A program made the translations under genes and the position numbers. A stretch of 63,720 bases of DNA, counting the filler, from Thraustochytrium aureum (lineage: Eukaryota): assembly GCA_012862495.1 (NCBI GenBank). It is 3 parts of 2 records of this genome, joined end to end, with 100 filler letters (N's around TTAATTAATTAA, not from the genome) between each part and the next. Parts side by side here need not be neighbours in the genome. Positions count along the whole stretch, not along the records: positions 1 to 30,312 come from BLSG01000105.1; 2 more parts are not named here. One strand, given 5' to 3'. Shown piece by piece: positions 1 through 13,000 of this stretch. Position 1 is the first letter of the stretch, and each line of letters opens with the position of its first letter. The notes beneath the pieces are model-generated. The model searched no databases, was not told the DNA's origin, and saw only the letters and a program-made list of their open reading frames with translations.

Positions 1-761
1 TTTCTCGCCCGGACGCCCGCCTGCTTGCATGCCTGCCTGCTTGCCTGCGCTGCTGAGCTCGTCACATCGCTCGCAATTGCTGCGGCCAATGTAACCGTTG
101 TGGAACAAGCATCGCCGAGTTCGTGGTGAAGAGGAGATTCTGCGCGTTATCTCGGCGAGCCCATCCGCACACAAAAGGCACCCGAGCCCGGTCAAGACCT
201 GCTGCTACAGCCTGTGTTTCTCGAGGGTTGCGAGACAAGTGGTTCAGACTGCAGGCCAGTTCAGGCCGATTTGGCAATCGTGGGAAGCTTTCTCCCCCGC
301 ACAATCCCGTCTTCACGTTGGCATGCTGCTTGCTCGACAGCGCCGCCGCCAGGATTGGCGGCCATGCCTCACTCGCCGCGTGGCGCACGTCGGGATGCAG
401 GCCCAGCAAGGCATTCCGGGCTCGACGAGGCGTTGCCCTACGGTTTTCTCGCAGGTGTGCCTCTCAACGGCACTGTTGGACAGGTTTTCAGGCGACCACA
501 GAGTCACAGACTCGCATTTGGTTGGACGACGAGGAGGTCTCCCAGCGCCTCCAGCTGCGCCCCGCGACGACCTCAGTGCTGGCCGGGCAGCGATCGCGGC
601 GGCGTGGAGGGCCCGCGGCGGCTCTTGCGGCGGGCTTTTTTTGCTGCTGGAGGTCCAGTCGGAGGGCTCCTGGCGCGTGTGCACATCTCGCTCGCTTGAT
701 CAAGAGAGTGACAAGGAGTTGCGCGTGGCAGGCGCGGGCTTGCACAGAGCGGGTCGGCGCC

Positions 762-2301
762 ATGGCGCGCAAAACGAGGCTGCCAAAGCGCGCGGTGGAG
801 CCCCGGCGGCCGTCAAGCCCCGGTTCGGACGACTCGACCGGCAGCGCCAACAACCTCAAGTACGTCGCGACTGCCAACCCGGAGAACGAGACGAACACCA
901 AGCTCCACGTTGACAGGTACCGCGAGCAGACGGCCGAGACGCTTCAGAAGGCGCTAGAGGAGCGCCGCGAGCACTTTCGCGCCATCCAAGACGCTACAGA
1001 CTGGAGCCTCGACCACCGGCACCTGATCAACGAGATGGACGTGAGCAAGTTTGTAATCGCCGATGACGCGCAACGCGTCATCTACAGCGTACAGAGCGTT
1101 CTGGTGGACAGCATGTACCGGAGCTGGGGCAAGACGCCAGAGTCGTGGGAGGGGTACACGCTCATGTTTCGCAACGGATTCCCCTCGAAAGACGAGCGCA
1201 AGCCGGTCGCCGAGTCGTTCCAAAGGTACTGCGAGGAAATCTACTGTCCGGTGTTTTGGACGCTCCTGTTCGGGCGCGCGGGCTGGGAGGAGGTGCGCAA
1301 GCACTGGGCCCAGTTCAAGGCCTGTACCATCAAGGTGTGCGAGAGCGGCATGTGCTATGGCGACAACATCTTCCACATGCACATCGACGGCAAGGTTGGG
1401 ATTCTGGAGCCGAATAACTTTACACAGAGGCACATGAGTCGGCTGCTGTTCTCCATCGTGACGGACGTGGTGACGGACAAGGTCTCCTTTGAGACTGCGG
1501 CTGCGGACGCCTACAACTACTGCGCGACCAACTACCCGGTCTGGCAGCCGCGCCAGGGATTTCGCTCCAACCACGACTTTCACAAGTACATGCAAGGCAT
1601 GTACCTGGAGCGCGGCTTGGAGAATACGGGCCTTCCCCGGCCGCACTACGAAATCCCCGAGCCGCTCATCTACCGTGCACGGTCGGGCGAGGTCCTCATC
1701 AACCGGTCCCACGCAGACCCCGAGTACGGCTGCCAGCCGATCCATAGCGAGCCCAACCCTTGCCCGGACCGGCACTTGTTTGTTTNNNNNNNNNNNNNNN
1801 NNNNNNNNNNNNNNNNNNNNNNNNNNNNNNNNNNNNNNNNNNNNNNNNNNNNNNNNNNNNNNNNNNNNNNNNNNNNNNNNNNNNNNNNNNNNNNNNNNNN
1901 NNNNNNNNNNNNNNNNNNNNNNNNNNNNNNNNNNNNNNNNNNNNNNNNNNNNNNNNNNNNNNNNNNNNNNNNACCGGCACTTGTTTGTTTTCGACTGGAA
2001 CAACATCCCAAGCGCGGCCAAAGGCGAGCGAAGCGTCGAGGTCCCGGAGGAAACCATCATCGCCCTCATGCGTCCGTTGGAGGACGCCTCGAGCGAAGCG
2101 TTCAAGTTGCGCATGCGCGAGGTTGTGGAGAGCGCGCGCGGGCTGCTCGCGCCCGCGGACGCATACCCAGAGGGCCGGAGTGCGCTCGAGTGCGTCATTC
2201 GCGCGTTAGAGCACGGCACAGTCGCTTTTCATCGAGGATCAGCATGCCAAGGGTTGACGGATTCTCGCGCACAGACTGCTGTGAAGTCTGCAGGAGCATG
2301 A
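762..2301 (+). CDS. Putative Fe(II)/2-oxoglutarate oxygenase-like protein (DUF1826-like fold, tentative)
   Basis: ATG at 762. Contains HxD (FHMHIDGK), a distal His (PIHSEP) and an Arg (DRHLFVFD). The sequence on both sides of the N gap overlaps (CCGGCACTTGTTTGTTT), so the two ORF halves join into one frame ending at TGA 2301. Confidence 0.55.
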
Positions 2302-2549
2302 CTTGGCATTTTCCCCGCGCCTGCCTGCCGACGTGCCAGTGCGGTCTCGTCGGCGGTTGGCGGCGGCGGCGGCGGCTTAGGTGCGTGAGGAAAGGGCGGA
2401 GTTTCTTTCTCTTTCTCTAGCTAGCTAGAGTTGTCTGTTGCGCACTCCGGCTGCTAGCCCGAACGAGCGACACGTGCGGCGGGCAGCAGAGCAGCAGAGC
2501 AGCCCTTGCTCCGCATCTCGCGGACCGCCGCTCGCGCCGCCGTGCGTGC

Positions 2550-3107
2550 TCATTGGCACTCGAAGACCTTGCCCGGGCTCGGAAAGGTTGCTTTCATTGT
2601 AGCCCAGGCCTCAGCCGAGACACCCGCATTGGGTGTGTAGTAGCAGGTGACTCCTAGGCGAGCGACGTTTTCGCAGTTGCCGCGCTGGTCGTCAAAGAAG
2701 ACCATATCCTCAAAGTCTATCCCGGTCTCGCTGTGGATGTTGCGAAAGTGTCCCGCCTTGTTTCCTTTGTGTATCTCGCCCACAGAAATAAGGTCGGCTA
2801 CGACGCGCTTGCGCTCAGCATTTACCACAATCTTGCTCAGGCACTCTCGGGCCCAGGCCGGCTCGTCGCAGCTCGAGGCGACGCACACGACCGTCCCGGC
2901 CCACTCCTCGCTCGTGTCGAGCTCGTTTAGGACCTCCCTGGCAGCGCCCATCAAGTAGACCTCCGTGCCGCTCCTGTCCGCCACGTTTCCGTTCGCCAGC
3001 GTCCGAAACGGGCTGCCACCGCCGCCCCACAGGTGGTACATCTCGGGATACCACAAGCAGGCGTCCAAGTCGAACACGACCGCCTTCGGCACGGCCCGCT
3101 GCGCCAT
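2550..3107 (-). CDS. MDP1: Magnesium-dependent phosphatase 1 (HAD IIIC acid phosphatase)
   Basis: HAD motif I VFDLDACLW, ASS motif II, K..HF and MVFFDD motif IV; about 185 aa. Confidence 0.9.
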   Translation of the reverse strand: MAQRAVPKAVVFDLDACLWYPEMYHLWGGGGSPFRTLANGNVADRSGTEVYLMGAAREVLNELDTSEEWAGTVVCVASSCDEPAWARECLSKIVVNAERKRVVADLISVGEIHKGNKAGHFRNIHSETGIDFEDMVFFDDQRGNCENVARLGVTCYYTPNAGVSAEAWATMKATFPSPGKVFECQ

Positions 3108-3517
3108 TTCCGCCCGCCTCACGCGCGCAGCAGTCCAGCAATCGGCGCCACTGCCAGCCAGCCAGCCAGAGTCGCAGCCGGTCCGTCAGCCTGCGTTGCC
3201 TGCGGGTCGCCACCGACCGATCCGGCAGCGGCAATCAACCCAGTTGCCTGCCGGAGCCGCTGGCCGAGCGTTCACTGCCGGCCTACTCGGACTGCTCGCG
3301 AGTACTGCAAAAGAGCACCGGGAGGTATGGCAAGCCGAGCGCCCCGCACGGGCCGTGAATCCCATTCGAGCGCTGGCGGCTGCGGGCAGTGGCCGCCACA
3401 CTCGCCCTGATTGACCAACACGAAATCGCAACCGAGAAACGAGACAATCGCGAAGAAGAAGTTCGCGAACGGAGGAACTTTTACGTTGTTCGTTGATGCT
3501 GGGTTGGGTTTTGTGTT

Positions 3518-3751
3518 CGGGAACGCTTCGCTGGGCTCTCTCGCGTTCATTCTGTTCATGAGCTGGCGAATGGGATGGTTCTCGTGCGGGGAACGCTTCG
3601 TTCGGTTCATGAGCTGGAGAATGGTTCTCTATCGGGGAACGCTTCGTTCAATTCATGAACTGGCGAATGGTTCTCGCTCGGGGAGCGCTTCGTTCGGTTC
3701 ATGAACTGGCGAATGGGATGGTTCTCGCGCGGGGAACGCTTCGTTCGGTTC
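3518..3751. repeat. 46-51 bp minisatellite (about 4.5 copies) in the divergent intergenic region
   Basis: Unit CGGGGAACGCTTCGTTCGGTTCATGA(A/G)CTGG(C/A)GAATGG(GATGG)TTCTCGN; units start at about 3518, 3587, 3633, 3679 and 3730. Confidence 0.9.
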
Positions 3752-4087
3752 TCCGGTAATAGTGCACTAACGGCAGCTAGTACAGGTACCAGTACGAGAA
3801 CGTTGGGACGGTAACGGTCAGAATGGCACGCAGCGGGAGCAGGAGCAGGAGCAGGCGCAGCAGCAGCAGAGCGGAACGGCAGGCGGGCAGGGAACAGCGC
3901 GGGCAGCGCCGAGGCGGTGCGCGGACGCTGCGGGCGGGAGAGGCGCGCGACGGCGGGCTTGCGCCCACCAGGAAAGGCGCTGGGCGGACGTGGGCTCCTG
4001 CCAGGAGGTCGTCGCACGAGCGGTTGACGTGACGCAGGATTTTGGCCGAACGAAGGTGAGCGCGTTGCGCGGCGCGCGCGGGACAGG

Positions 4088-7000
4088 ATGCCTGTCGTGG
4101 GGTCGACGAATAAGATTCATGCGGCGGAAAACGCCGAGCAGANNNNNNNNNNNNNNNNNNNNNNNNNNNNNNNNNNNNNNNNNNNNNNNNNNNNNNNNNN
4201 NNNNNNNNNNNNNNNNNNNNNNNNNNNNNNNNNNNNNNNNNNNNNNNNNNNNNNNNNNNNNNNNNNNNNNNNNNNNNNNNNNNNNNNNNNNNNNNNNNNN
4301 NNNNNNNNNNNNNNNNNNNNNNNNNNNNNNNNNNNNNNNNNNNNNNNNNNNNNNNNNNNNNNNNNNNNNNNNNNNNNNNNNNNNNNNNNNNNNNNNNNNN
4401 NNNNNNNNNNNNNNNNNNNNNNNNNNNNNNNNNNNNNNNNNNNNNNNNNNNNNNNNNNNNNNNNNNNNNNNCGTTGTCGGCAAGTCGCCGACTGACGACT
4501 CTGCCACGGCCGTCGTCAAGGCCGCCAGGGTGGTCGAGGTCGGCAGACCAAGGAGCCCAGAAGCCAAGTTAGGATCGCAGACTGCAGCGCAAGGGGGTCT
4601 GAGCGACGGGGAGCCGTCAGCGAGCGATATTGACGCTCTGATTGCTGGCGCAACAAAGAAAGCAAACGCACGCGTCAGCAATGAGAAGCGCGAGCGCCCT
4701 GCCAAGGTAGACAGTCAAGAAATTAGCGATTTCTTGACGGAGGTCGAGCAGCAAAAAGTTATGCGAGCAGTCCGGCGGCTCTCGGCCGCGCAACAAAGGC
4801 TCCGCGGAAACCTCCTGAATGGACTGACTCCGCGCATCGAAGCGCGCAAGCAGATCATCACAAGGTGGACACACACCAATTTGGTCAGCAAGCTCGTCTG
4901 CATCGCCTTGCTGAGCTTTGTCCAAGTGGTGTGCGGCGCCCTTGCGTGGGGAGCCGCCAACGCAGACAACCTCTCACCGGGCGTCGGGAAAGTCATGACA
5001 ACATGCGGCATTCTCATGCTGACAACCGCGGTCCTTGGCGCCTACGGCGCGCACCGAGTTCGCAAAGACATCGAGGAGGACGACGACGGACTCGAGACGC
5101 CAGGCCAACGACTTCTCGAGGCCTATTTTCACGTCGCGGTAGCCTTTTTCCTGGTCGTCATGCCCGTCTCGCTCGCATTGTTGGCCGACCCGTCCTCGTT
5201 CCTGAACGAGGGGTCGTTTGGGTTGACCGAATCGTACGCCAAGGCCTCGGCCGCGCTTGGCCTCGTGGTTTGCCTTCTCACCCTTTTGGCTTTGCGACCG
5301 ACCGTGATGATCGTCACAATTTACGAGATTTCGCACAGCTTTCTCGAGTCGTTCTCGACCATCATGGTCGGGCTCGGCGTCGTGGGCCTCGTCGTGAGCA
5401 CCTCCGTGCTTCAGTACGGGCAGTTCATGGACGACGAGTCGGTAAACGCGCCTCTCTTGTCGTTTTTGTATTTCTTCATCTCGACTAACGCGCTCCTGAT
5501 CGTTCTCAGCATAGTCGGGTTTGGGCGGCCTTCATCGAGAACGTCACCCTCCTCAAGGTGCACGCGGCCAGCATGATGGTCCTCTTTGTCTGCGTGCTCG
5601 TCATTCTCATTGGGTTTGCAACTGCCGACCTCCAGGCCGCCGTGGTCGGCAACTGCCGTTCCATCCTGCAAATAATGTCGCACGAGTGGTGGGAGTCCGT
5701 GGTGAAGTGCAGCAAGTACGGGGCTGCGACCCAGGGGGCCCAAGTCGAAATATTCAACGCAACGACTGGGACCTTTGCCTACTCGATGGACGGCGTTGGG
5801 ACGGCGGCGCGGTGCGCTGACCCGTCCCTCGTCGCGTTTGCTTGGGAGTTTGTCGACACCGCCGTGCTCGAGTCGGCCGGTACCAACGAGTCCACGCTCG
5901 CCGCAGTTCTGGCAAAGTCTTCCCCGATTGTCGAGGGCTGCTTGAACGAGGCGTGCTGCCAGGTCTTGGCCAACCACCTGACACAGCTCACTTCGATCTT
6001 GATAATCGGCGCTTTGCTACTGCTGGCCTGCATCGTGGTCGCCGTGGCAGCGGACGTGTGGCTTTTGCGAAACACGCCCGACCAGAGCGAGCGCATCAAG
6101 CTCATCAGCCGAGGCCGTGCGCGGCTTCTCTTGGGCTGTGTCGCCTTTCTAATCGTGTTGGCGATCATCATTCTCGCAACAGTGTTCAACGCTGCGTCCG
6201 TCAGGATATCCCCCTCGGAAATTCGCACTGCCCTCGAGCAAAACGGCAGCACGGACATTGACGTTGCACCGGGGATCCCCCTGCACTCTTGCAGCAACCA
6301 GATTCGTGACGGGAACGAAACTGACGTGGACTGCGGCGGATCTGCGGCAACCGGTGGCTGCGCGACTCGGTGCGGGCTGGACAGGCGCTGCGCAGTGGGC
6401 GCGGACTGCCAATCAGCACACTGCGACTCGTCGACCGGGCGATGCCGCCGCGAGACGTTTTGGGAGCAGTGCACAAACGGCGTGAGGGACGGCGCCGAGA
6501 CGGGGATCGACTGCGGCGGAGGCGAGTGNNNNNNNNNNNNNNNNNNNNNNNNNNNNNNNNNNNNNNNNNNNNNNNNNNNNNNNNNNNNNNNNNNNNNNNN
6601 NNNNNNNNNNNNNNNNNNNNNNNNNNNNNNNNNNNNNNNNNNNNNNNNNNNNNNNNNNNNNNNNNNNNNNNNNNNNNNNNNNNNNNNNNNNNNNNNNNNN
6701 NNNNNNNNNNNNNGCGACCAGGGAGTCTGCGCGAGCTGCCAGGACGGGGTCAAGAGCTCAGACGAGGGCGACATCGACTGTGGGTCGGAGATCTGTGTTC
6801 AGTATTACCGCACCTACCCAGAGGATAGCCCTGCAAATGTAGGCGCGCAAGGAGCCCCCATTAATGCCGACCAAGCGGGACTTTGCCTCGACAACCGCAC
6901 CTGCTCGAGCTCCGAACAGTGCTCGAGCGGGGTCTGCGTCGACGGGCGGTGCGCATCTTGCTCGAATGGCGTCCAGGATGGCGACGAGACAGACGTGGAC

Positions 7001-10000
7001 TGCGGCGGCAAGGTTTGCCGCCGCCGCTGCTCCGTAGGCGCGCAGTGCAGCCACATGTACGACTGCTCGACGCAGCGGTGCAGCTCTGACTGCTCCGACG
7101 GGTTTTGCGGCGTCGGGGTCTGCGAAACAGTCTACGACGTCTCTTCCATCGAAGACCCAGCCCTCGCCGCCGCATTTATGGAGTCGGCAACGTTCACCAG
7201 CATCGCTTATGAGTGCTCGGACAACAAAACAAGCATCCATGAAACCGACATGGACTGCGGCGGTTCGCTTTGCCCGACCATCGGCAAGACATGCCCAGAT
7301 GGCAAGCGATGCGCCGCTGCAGAGGACTGCTCTTCGAATCTCTGCCGAAGCCAGCGCTGCGTTTCATGTGAGAATGGGTTGCATGACGGCGACGAGACGG
7401 ACATCGATTGCGGCGGCCCCGATTGCGAGCAAAAGTGCGGTCTAGGCGCTGGCTGCCTTGTCGACACGGACTGCCGTGGCACCGGGTTTTGCTGGACCTC
7501 GGACAACTACAAGGATACTGTTGCCCTCGCAATACGCCACAATGTGACCGACCTGTTGCCAAAAATGTTCATCCCGCCGAACTTTACCTGCCAGGAGGTT
7601 TTGACGCTCACAGTCGAGCCTCAAGTCACAGTCGTTTTTAACGAGGGTGCAGATCTGAGCGCAATTTACAGCCAGCTCATTCTTCCCTCTGCGCAAGCGC
7701 GCGCGACAATTCCGAGCGACCAAGACGGCGACAGCTATCAAGGTGCTCTGGAGGAGGACCAGGGCGCGGGATCGCGACGGGCGCTCTCCCGCTCGCTCTC
7801 AGACCGCACGGCCGCTCGCCGCAGGCTGACCGCGAGCTCAACAAACGTGATTGGCGCGCTCGGGAGCACAAACCTCTTTGACCCGTGGACAATCCTCTGC
7901 GATCTCGTAACAACCTTTGAGGTCGAGGACGGAAACAAGTTTGTCGTGCTCGCAACGAACGGTGCGACTGTAACAGCGCCAAACGAGCGGGTCCTGGTTG
8001 TCGAGCGTTCTTGGGGCTCGGGGATTCCCGACATTAGAATTTTCCCCACGCGATGCGACCCAAGGCACGCCAATGGCGTTTCGGTAACCAGGCGAGACGC
8101 GCCCAGCTGCTCGTGGTTCAACTTCTTCTACGGCTACAACGTGCTCGTGGCCACCTTCAGGCTCGCGCTTAGCACGGTACTGTTTGGCAAGGTGTACACT
8201 GTCGGCGACGTTGCGGTCCCGAATGCGTACGTTCGCGTTTGGGCCTTGCGCCGCGGGGACTGCATAAACAACCCGGTCGCTGAGATTGGCCCAAACTCGT
8301 GCGACGGCAACTGCCATGCGCTCACAGACGTATACCAGTCTTGCGTCAACGCTCAGCCCTCCTGTTGCATTTGGGAGGAAACACCAGGCGTTCGCTTGAC
8401 AGACTGTGTTGGGGCTTCCGCAGCGGACACCCCAATGGTCGTGGTCTCGGACGCACAAGGCCGCTTTATCGCTGTCATTCCAGAAATTGCAGCGCTGCAA
8501 TCAGAGCAGCGGTACAGGTTCATGTTCAGCGTTGCAGCAGACGGGTTTGTCACGGCCCGGGGCAGCTTGTCTGTGGAGCCAGGGACCAATCTGGAGATTC
8601 CAGACGTCTTTCTTGCCCCAGCAACGCTCGAGGCGTGTGGGTGCCGTTCCTACGAGGAGGGGTCGCTTGAAAGCGCAGAATCGCTCTGCCGAAACCCTGT
8701 ATCGCGCCACTGCGTGGCTCGCACCGAAGCTTCGTGCGCCAGTCTGCTCGAGTACACCGCCTGCGACAACACAATAACAGTGCGGCCCACCATCTCCCCA
8801 ACTCGTGCGCCATCGCAGACGCCAACAGGCGCTCCAAGCGCGGCTCCCACGCCGCCGACGCTGGCCCCACAAAAGCACCAACTGGGACGCCGACGCCTCC
8901 AACGTTTGCCCCGACTGGCGCCCCGTCATCGTCGCCATCGAAAGCCCCGACTGAGGCGCCGACGGGCAGCCCTACGCCGCCGACGCCGCAGCCCACGAGG
9001 AACCCTTCGGCGTCGCCGACTGGTTCTCCGTCCGCTGCGCCGACGCCGCCGACAAAGTCGCCTACCTCGTCCCCGTCGGCCGCCCCAACGCCTCCAACGC
9101 CAAACCCGACGAGCTCGCCGAGCTATTCGCCGTCAACGTCGCCCACCAAGGCACCGACGGATGCGCCGAGCGATGCCCCCTCAGAGTCGCCGTCCAAGTC
9201 GCCGTCCAAGGCGCCCTCGCATGCCCCGAGCCAATCTCCCTCCGCATCGNNNNNNNNNNNNNNNNNNNNNNNNNNNNNNNNNNNNNNNNNNNNNNNNNNN
9301 NNNNNNNNNNNNNNNNNNNNNNNNNNNNNNNNNNNNNNNNNNNNNNNNNNNNNNNNNNNNNNNNNNNNNNNNNNNNNNNNNNNNNNNNNNNNNNNNNNNN
9401 NNNNNNNNNNNNNNNNNNNNNNNGACCGGCTCGCCAACGCCGCCAACCACCAGCCCGACGAAGACGCCGACGAAGACGCCGACAGCGTCCCCAACTCCCC
9501 CGACTGCAAACCCAACAAACGCGCCAAGCGATTCGCCGACCGAGTCTCCCAGTGATGCGCCGACGACGTCTCCGACCGCAAACCCAACCAAGGCGCCGAG
9601 CACCTCACCGACCGAGTCCCCAAGTGATGCGCCAACGACGTCTCCGTCCTTGTCGCCGAGTGCAAGCCCGAGTTGGAGTCCTAGCGAGAGCCCGAGCGAG
9701 AGCCCCACAACAAGCCCGACGATGAGCCCGACTTTGTCGCCGTCCGACTCACCCAGTGCGAGCCCCACAATGAGCCCCAGTGCAAGCCCCAGTGCAAGCC
9801 CCACAATGAGCCCGAGCTCTAGCCCCAGTGCAAGCCCTTCGATGAGCCCGACCACGTCGCCGTCCGACTCGCCCACCGCCTCGCCAACAGAGTCGCCGTC
9901 AAAGTCGCCAAGTCTTTCGCCGACCTCCGCTCCAACGGCGAGCCCAAGCGCGAGCCCCACGCAGAGCCCTAGCCTGAGCCCCTCGATCTCGCCAACGACG

Positions 10001-13000
10001 TCTCCGTCGGAATCGCCAAGCGTGTCGCCAACGGCGGGCCCAACAACGTCGCCCACTCGTGCGCCTTCGGCTTCGCCGACATTGCCAACGACGAGCCCGA
10101 CCAAGTCTCCGACCAAAGAGCCAACGGCGTCCCCAACGCCGCCCACGCCGCTCCCGTCCGTCTCGCCCACGAACGCACCTAGCACCACTCCGACGGCGGG
10201 GCCAAGCCGTTCGCCGACGCTAGCGCCGACGGCGGGCCCAAGTGCGGCCCCGACCACTTCTCCAACGAGCGGGCCGAGCGTGTCGCCGACCGCGGGGCCG
10301 AGCTCGTCGCCGACAGCATCACCAAGCAAGTCTCCAAGCACGTCGCCTTCGGCTGCGCCAAGCGCGTCGCCGACGCGCTATCCAACTCTGGCGCCGACCA
10401 TCTTCCGGGAGCCCTTCTTGGAGTGGGCTTTGACAGCCGCACCTTCTCGTGGCTGGAGGACACGTACGAGTCCGGCGAGCGCTTGCTGACCTCGATCATC
10501 ACCTCGGTGACTGGGGAGACGAGCTTCGCGAGCGTCTCACAGTTTTCCGCCAACTGGACAGAGCAATTCTCGCTGCAGCTAACACGGAGCGGGGAAGCCG
10601 CCTGCTCGCCCTCGTTGAGCGACCTTATCGAGTCTATCGAGCTCGCCAGGTGTGGGCAAAATTTGCGAAGTGTTTGCCGCGTGACAAGCGTCCTTCTCGA
10701 CGCCAACGACTTGCTCACCGCGTCGATGTCCCTCGATGTCGAGTCGCTTGGCCAGGCACTCCAGCTGGACCGCCGCGCCAGTGCGCCAAAGTACGTGTCT
10801 GATAACGGCGTCCTGGTGAGGAACCTGCGCGCGACCGGGCTTGCTTGCTGGGACCAGTACGCAGATATCTCGGCCCCGACCGATGTGATCACATCTGGGG
10901 CGTACTGCTTCCAGCTGACGCTTGAAGACCAACAAGACCCGGATGCCACGGACAAGATCAAGGACATCCAAGACGAGCTGGACGAGGTTGACCTCGACGA
11001 CGAGGACAACTTCAAAGACTTTCCAACGGCTGGGAACGCGACCTTGGAGGTGTGTCCCCCATCGCGCACCTGTTCCGGGAATGGCAAGTGCTGCACGGCT
11101 GAAAACAAGGACGAGATTCTCTGCCCAGTGATCGGGCAGTGCTATTGCAACTCGGGCTGGGGAGGATTTGACTGTGGATCGGTGCCCACGGCCAGTCCAA
11201 CCCCAGCTCCTACTGCTGCATGCGTGCCCTCGGACCTTGTCGGTGGTAAGGCTGGCGCGAGCGCGACAGTGTGGACGATCTGTTTGTCGCCTGGAGCCTG
11301 CAAGACCCAACCACTTTTGTGCGAGTACGACATCCCACCTGACGAAGAGTCTGCGACTGGCTGCCCTGGGGGCGAGTGGATAGAGGCGTTCCGCCAGCGA
11401 GATTGCGTTGTCTCGCTCAACTTGGGCCAGTCCGTGATCAACGCGCTCTTCAACCTGCAACCACGCTGGAGGTATGACGTGGACGGCTCACCGTACTTGT
11501 ACTACAAGCTTTTGCTCGACACCGCCCCCGAAGGTTTCGATGCATTCCTGATGATGGTTGACAACTGGTCCAGCCTGAATGGGGCGCACCTCATCAACGA
11601 CGCCTTCGCCCTGTATCCCACGGCGGGCGACCTCGTGAACGACACGAACCGATGGATGTGGAGCAACTACGACCAAAGCACAGGGTTTCCGGCAGATGCT
11701 CGTCCGCTCGAGCAGGGAACGACGAGCTACGTCCAGTCGTACTTTTGGAAGTGGGCCAAGGGATTCTGCGGCGTGGAAGGACGAAAGATCTCCCCGGTTG
11801 CTGACTTCTCCTTCAAGCTTTGCGTCGCAGAGGACTCCACCTTTGAAGAAGAGGAAGAGCGCAGCCTACCGCCGACTTACGAGCTGGCAGTGACCGTCGC
11901 TGATGCCCACACGGGGAATGGGGTGGAGGCCCGTGTGCGCCTGTTTCGTGGGGTTGCACCCGCCTGGGAGAGCCTTGACCCAGCCTTCGACCAGGACGCG
12001 GAGCTCAACTACGCCACCTCTGGGACTGCCCAAGCGCTTGCGCGGGTGGGCACCACGACTTGCGCGAGCGGCGGCTCGAGCGGGGCTGGCGTTGTCATCG
12101 ACTCTAGCGTGGCGCTGTTCGATAAACTGGTCCCAGGCTCCTACACCGTTGTGGTGAGCTACCAGGCTGGGCTTGCGGACGGCGCACAGGTTTCGGACCG
12201 ATACTCGTTTGGGACAAAGCTGCTGTACGTTAATGTCGTCGACTCCAACCTCGAAGCGTTCGTCGAGGTCGTGCGCGACGTCAAGGCGGGCGAGCTACTT
12301 GTCGTTTTCGAGACAGCCAACTTGGACGTGGACCTCGTGGCCAGCTTTGATCTAGGCGACGCCGGCCAGAGATGCGTGGTCAGCAGCAAGATGCTCTCTG
12401 ATGGTGCTTGCAGCTGCGGTGGCGCGCGCCTTGTTCGCTCCGATCGAGTGCTCCAACCGAGTGGCAAGGCAGAGCAGGTCATTGCATTCGACTCGCTCGT
12501 TCGGACCACGTACAGGTTTTACCTGGCTCGAAACAAGCCTGTTCCCAGCTCGACCTACAAAAAACACCGTGACGACGGTCGATGCGGTCCGCTCTATCCG
12601 CTCGATACGGGCGAGGCAGCGCAGTGCCCGCCGGTTGCCGTCGTGTGGGGAGACGGCGTCCGCGAGTTGAGGCCATGCTGCCACTTCACGTCTGGGTACT
12701 GCGGCGCAGGCGAGCAGTTCTGCATGACGCGCTACTCGACCGACTACCGAATGTTTCTCGACAACGCCTGGATGACAGACACGCGGGAGGACAGTGCGTG
12801 CAACCGCCCAGACGCGCTGTCCCCGTCTGGTGGCCTCGCAACCTGCCCGCGAGAAGCTCCGTGCTGTAGCCCGCAAGCCAAGTGCGGCAACCTGAGCTAC
12901 CACTGCGACTCGGAGCGCTCGGTAGACTACAGGCCATTCTTTGACTTGGAGGACGCCAGGCTGAGCATCGCACAAGGGAATGGCACAGTCCCCGCAGAGT

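Noticed and set aside
3518..3751. CRISPR array (GCGCGGGGAAC resembles a type I-E repeat end)
   Set aside because: The intervening sequences are near-identical rather than unique spacers, there are no cas genes, and the context is eukaryotic.
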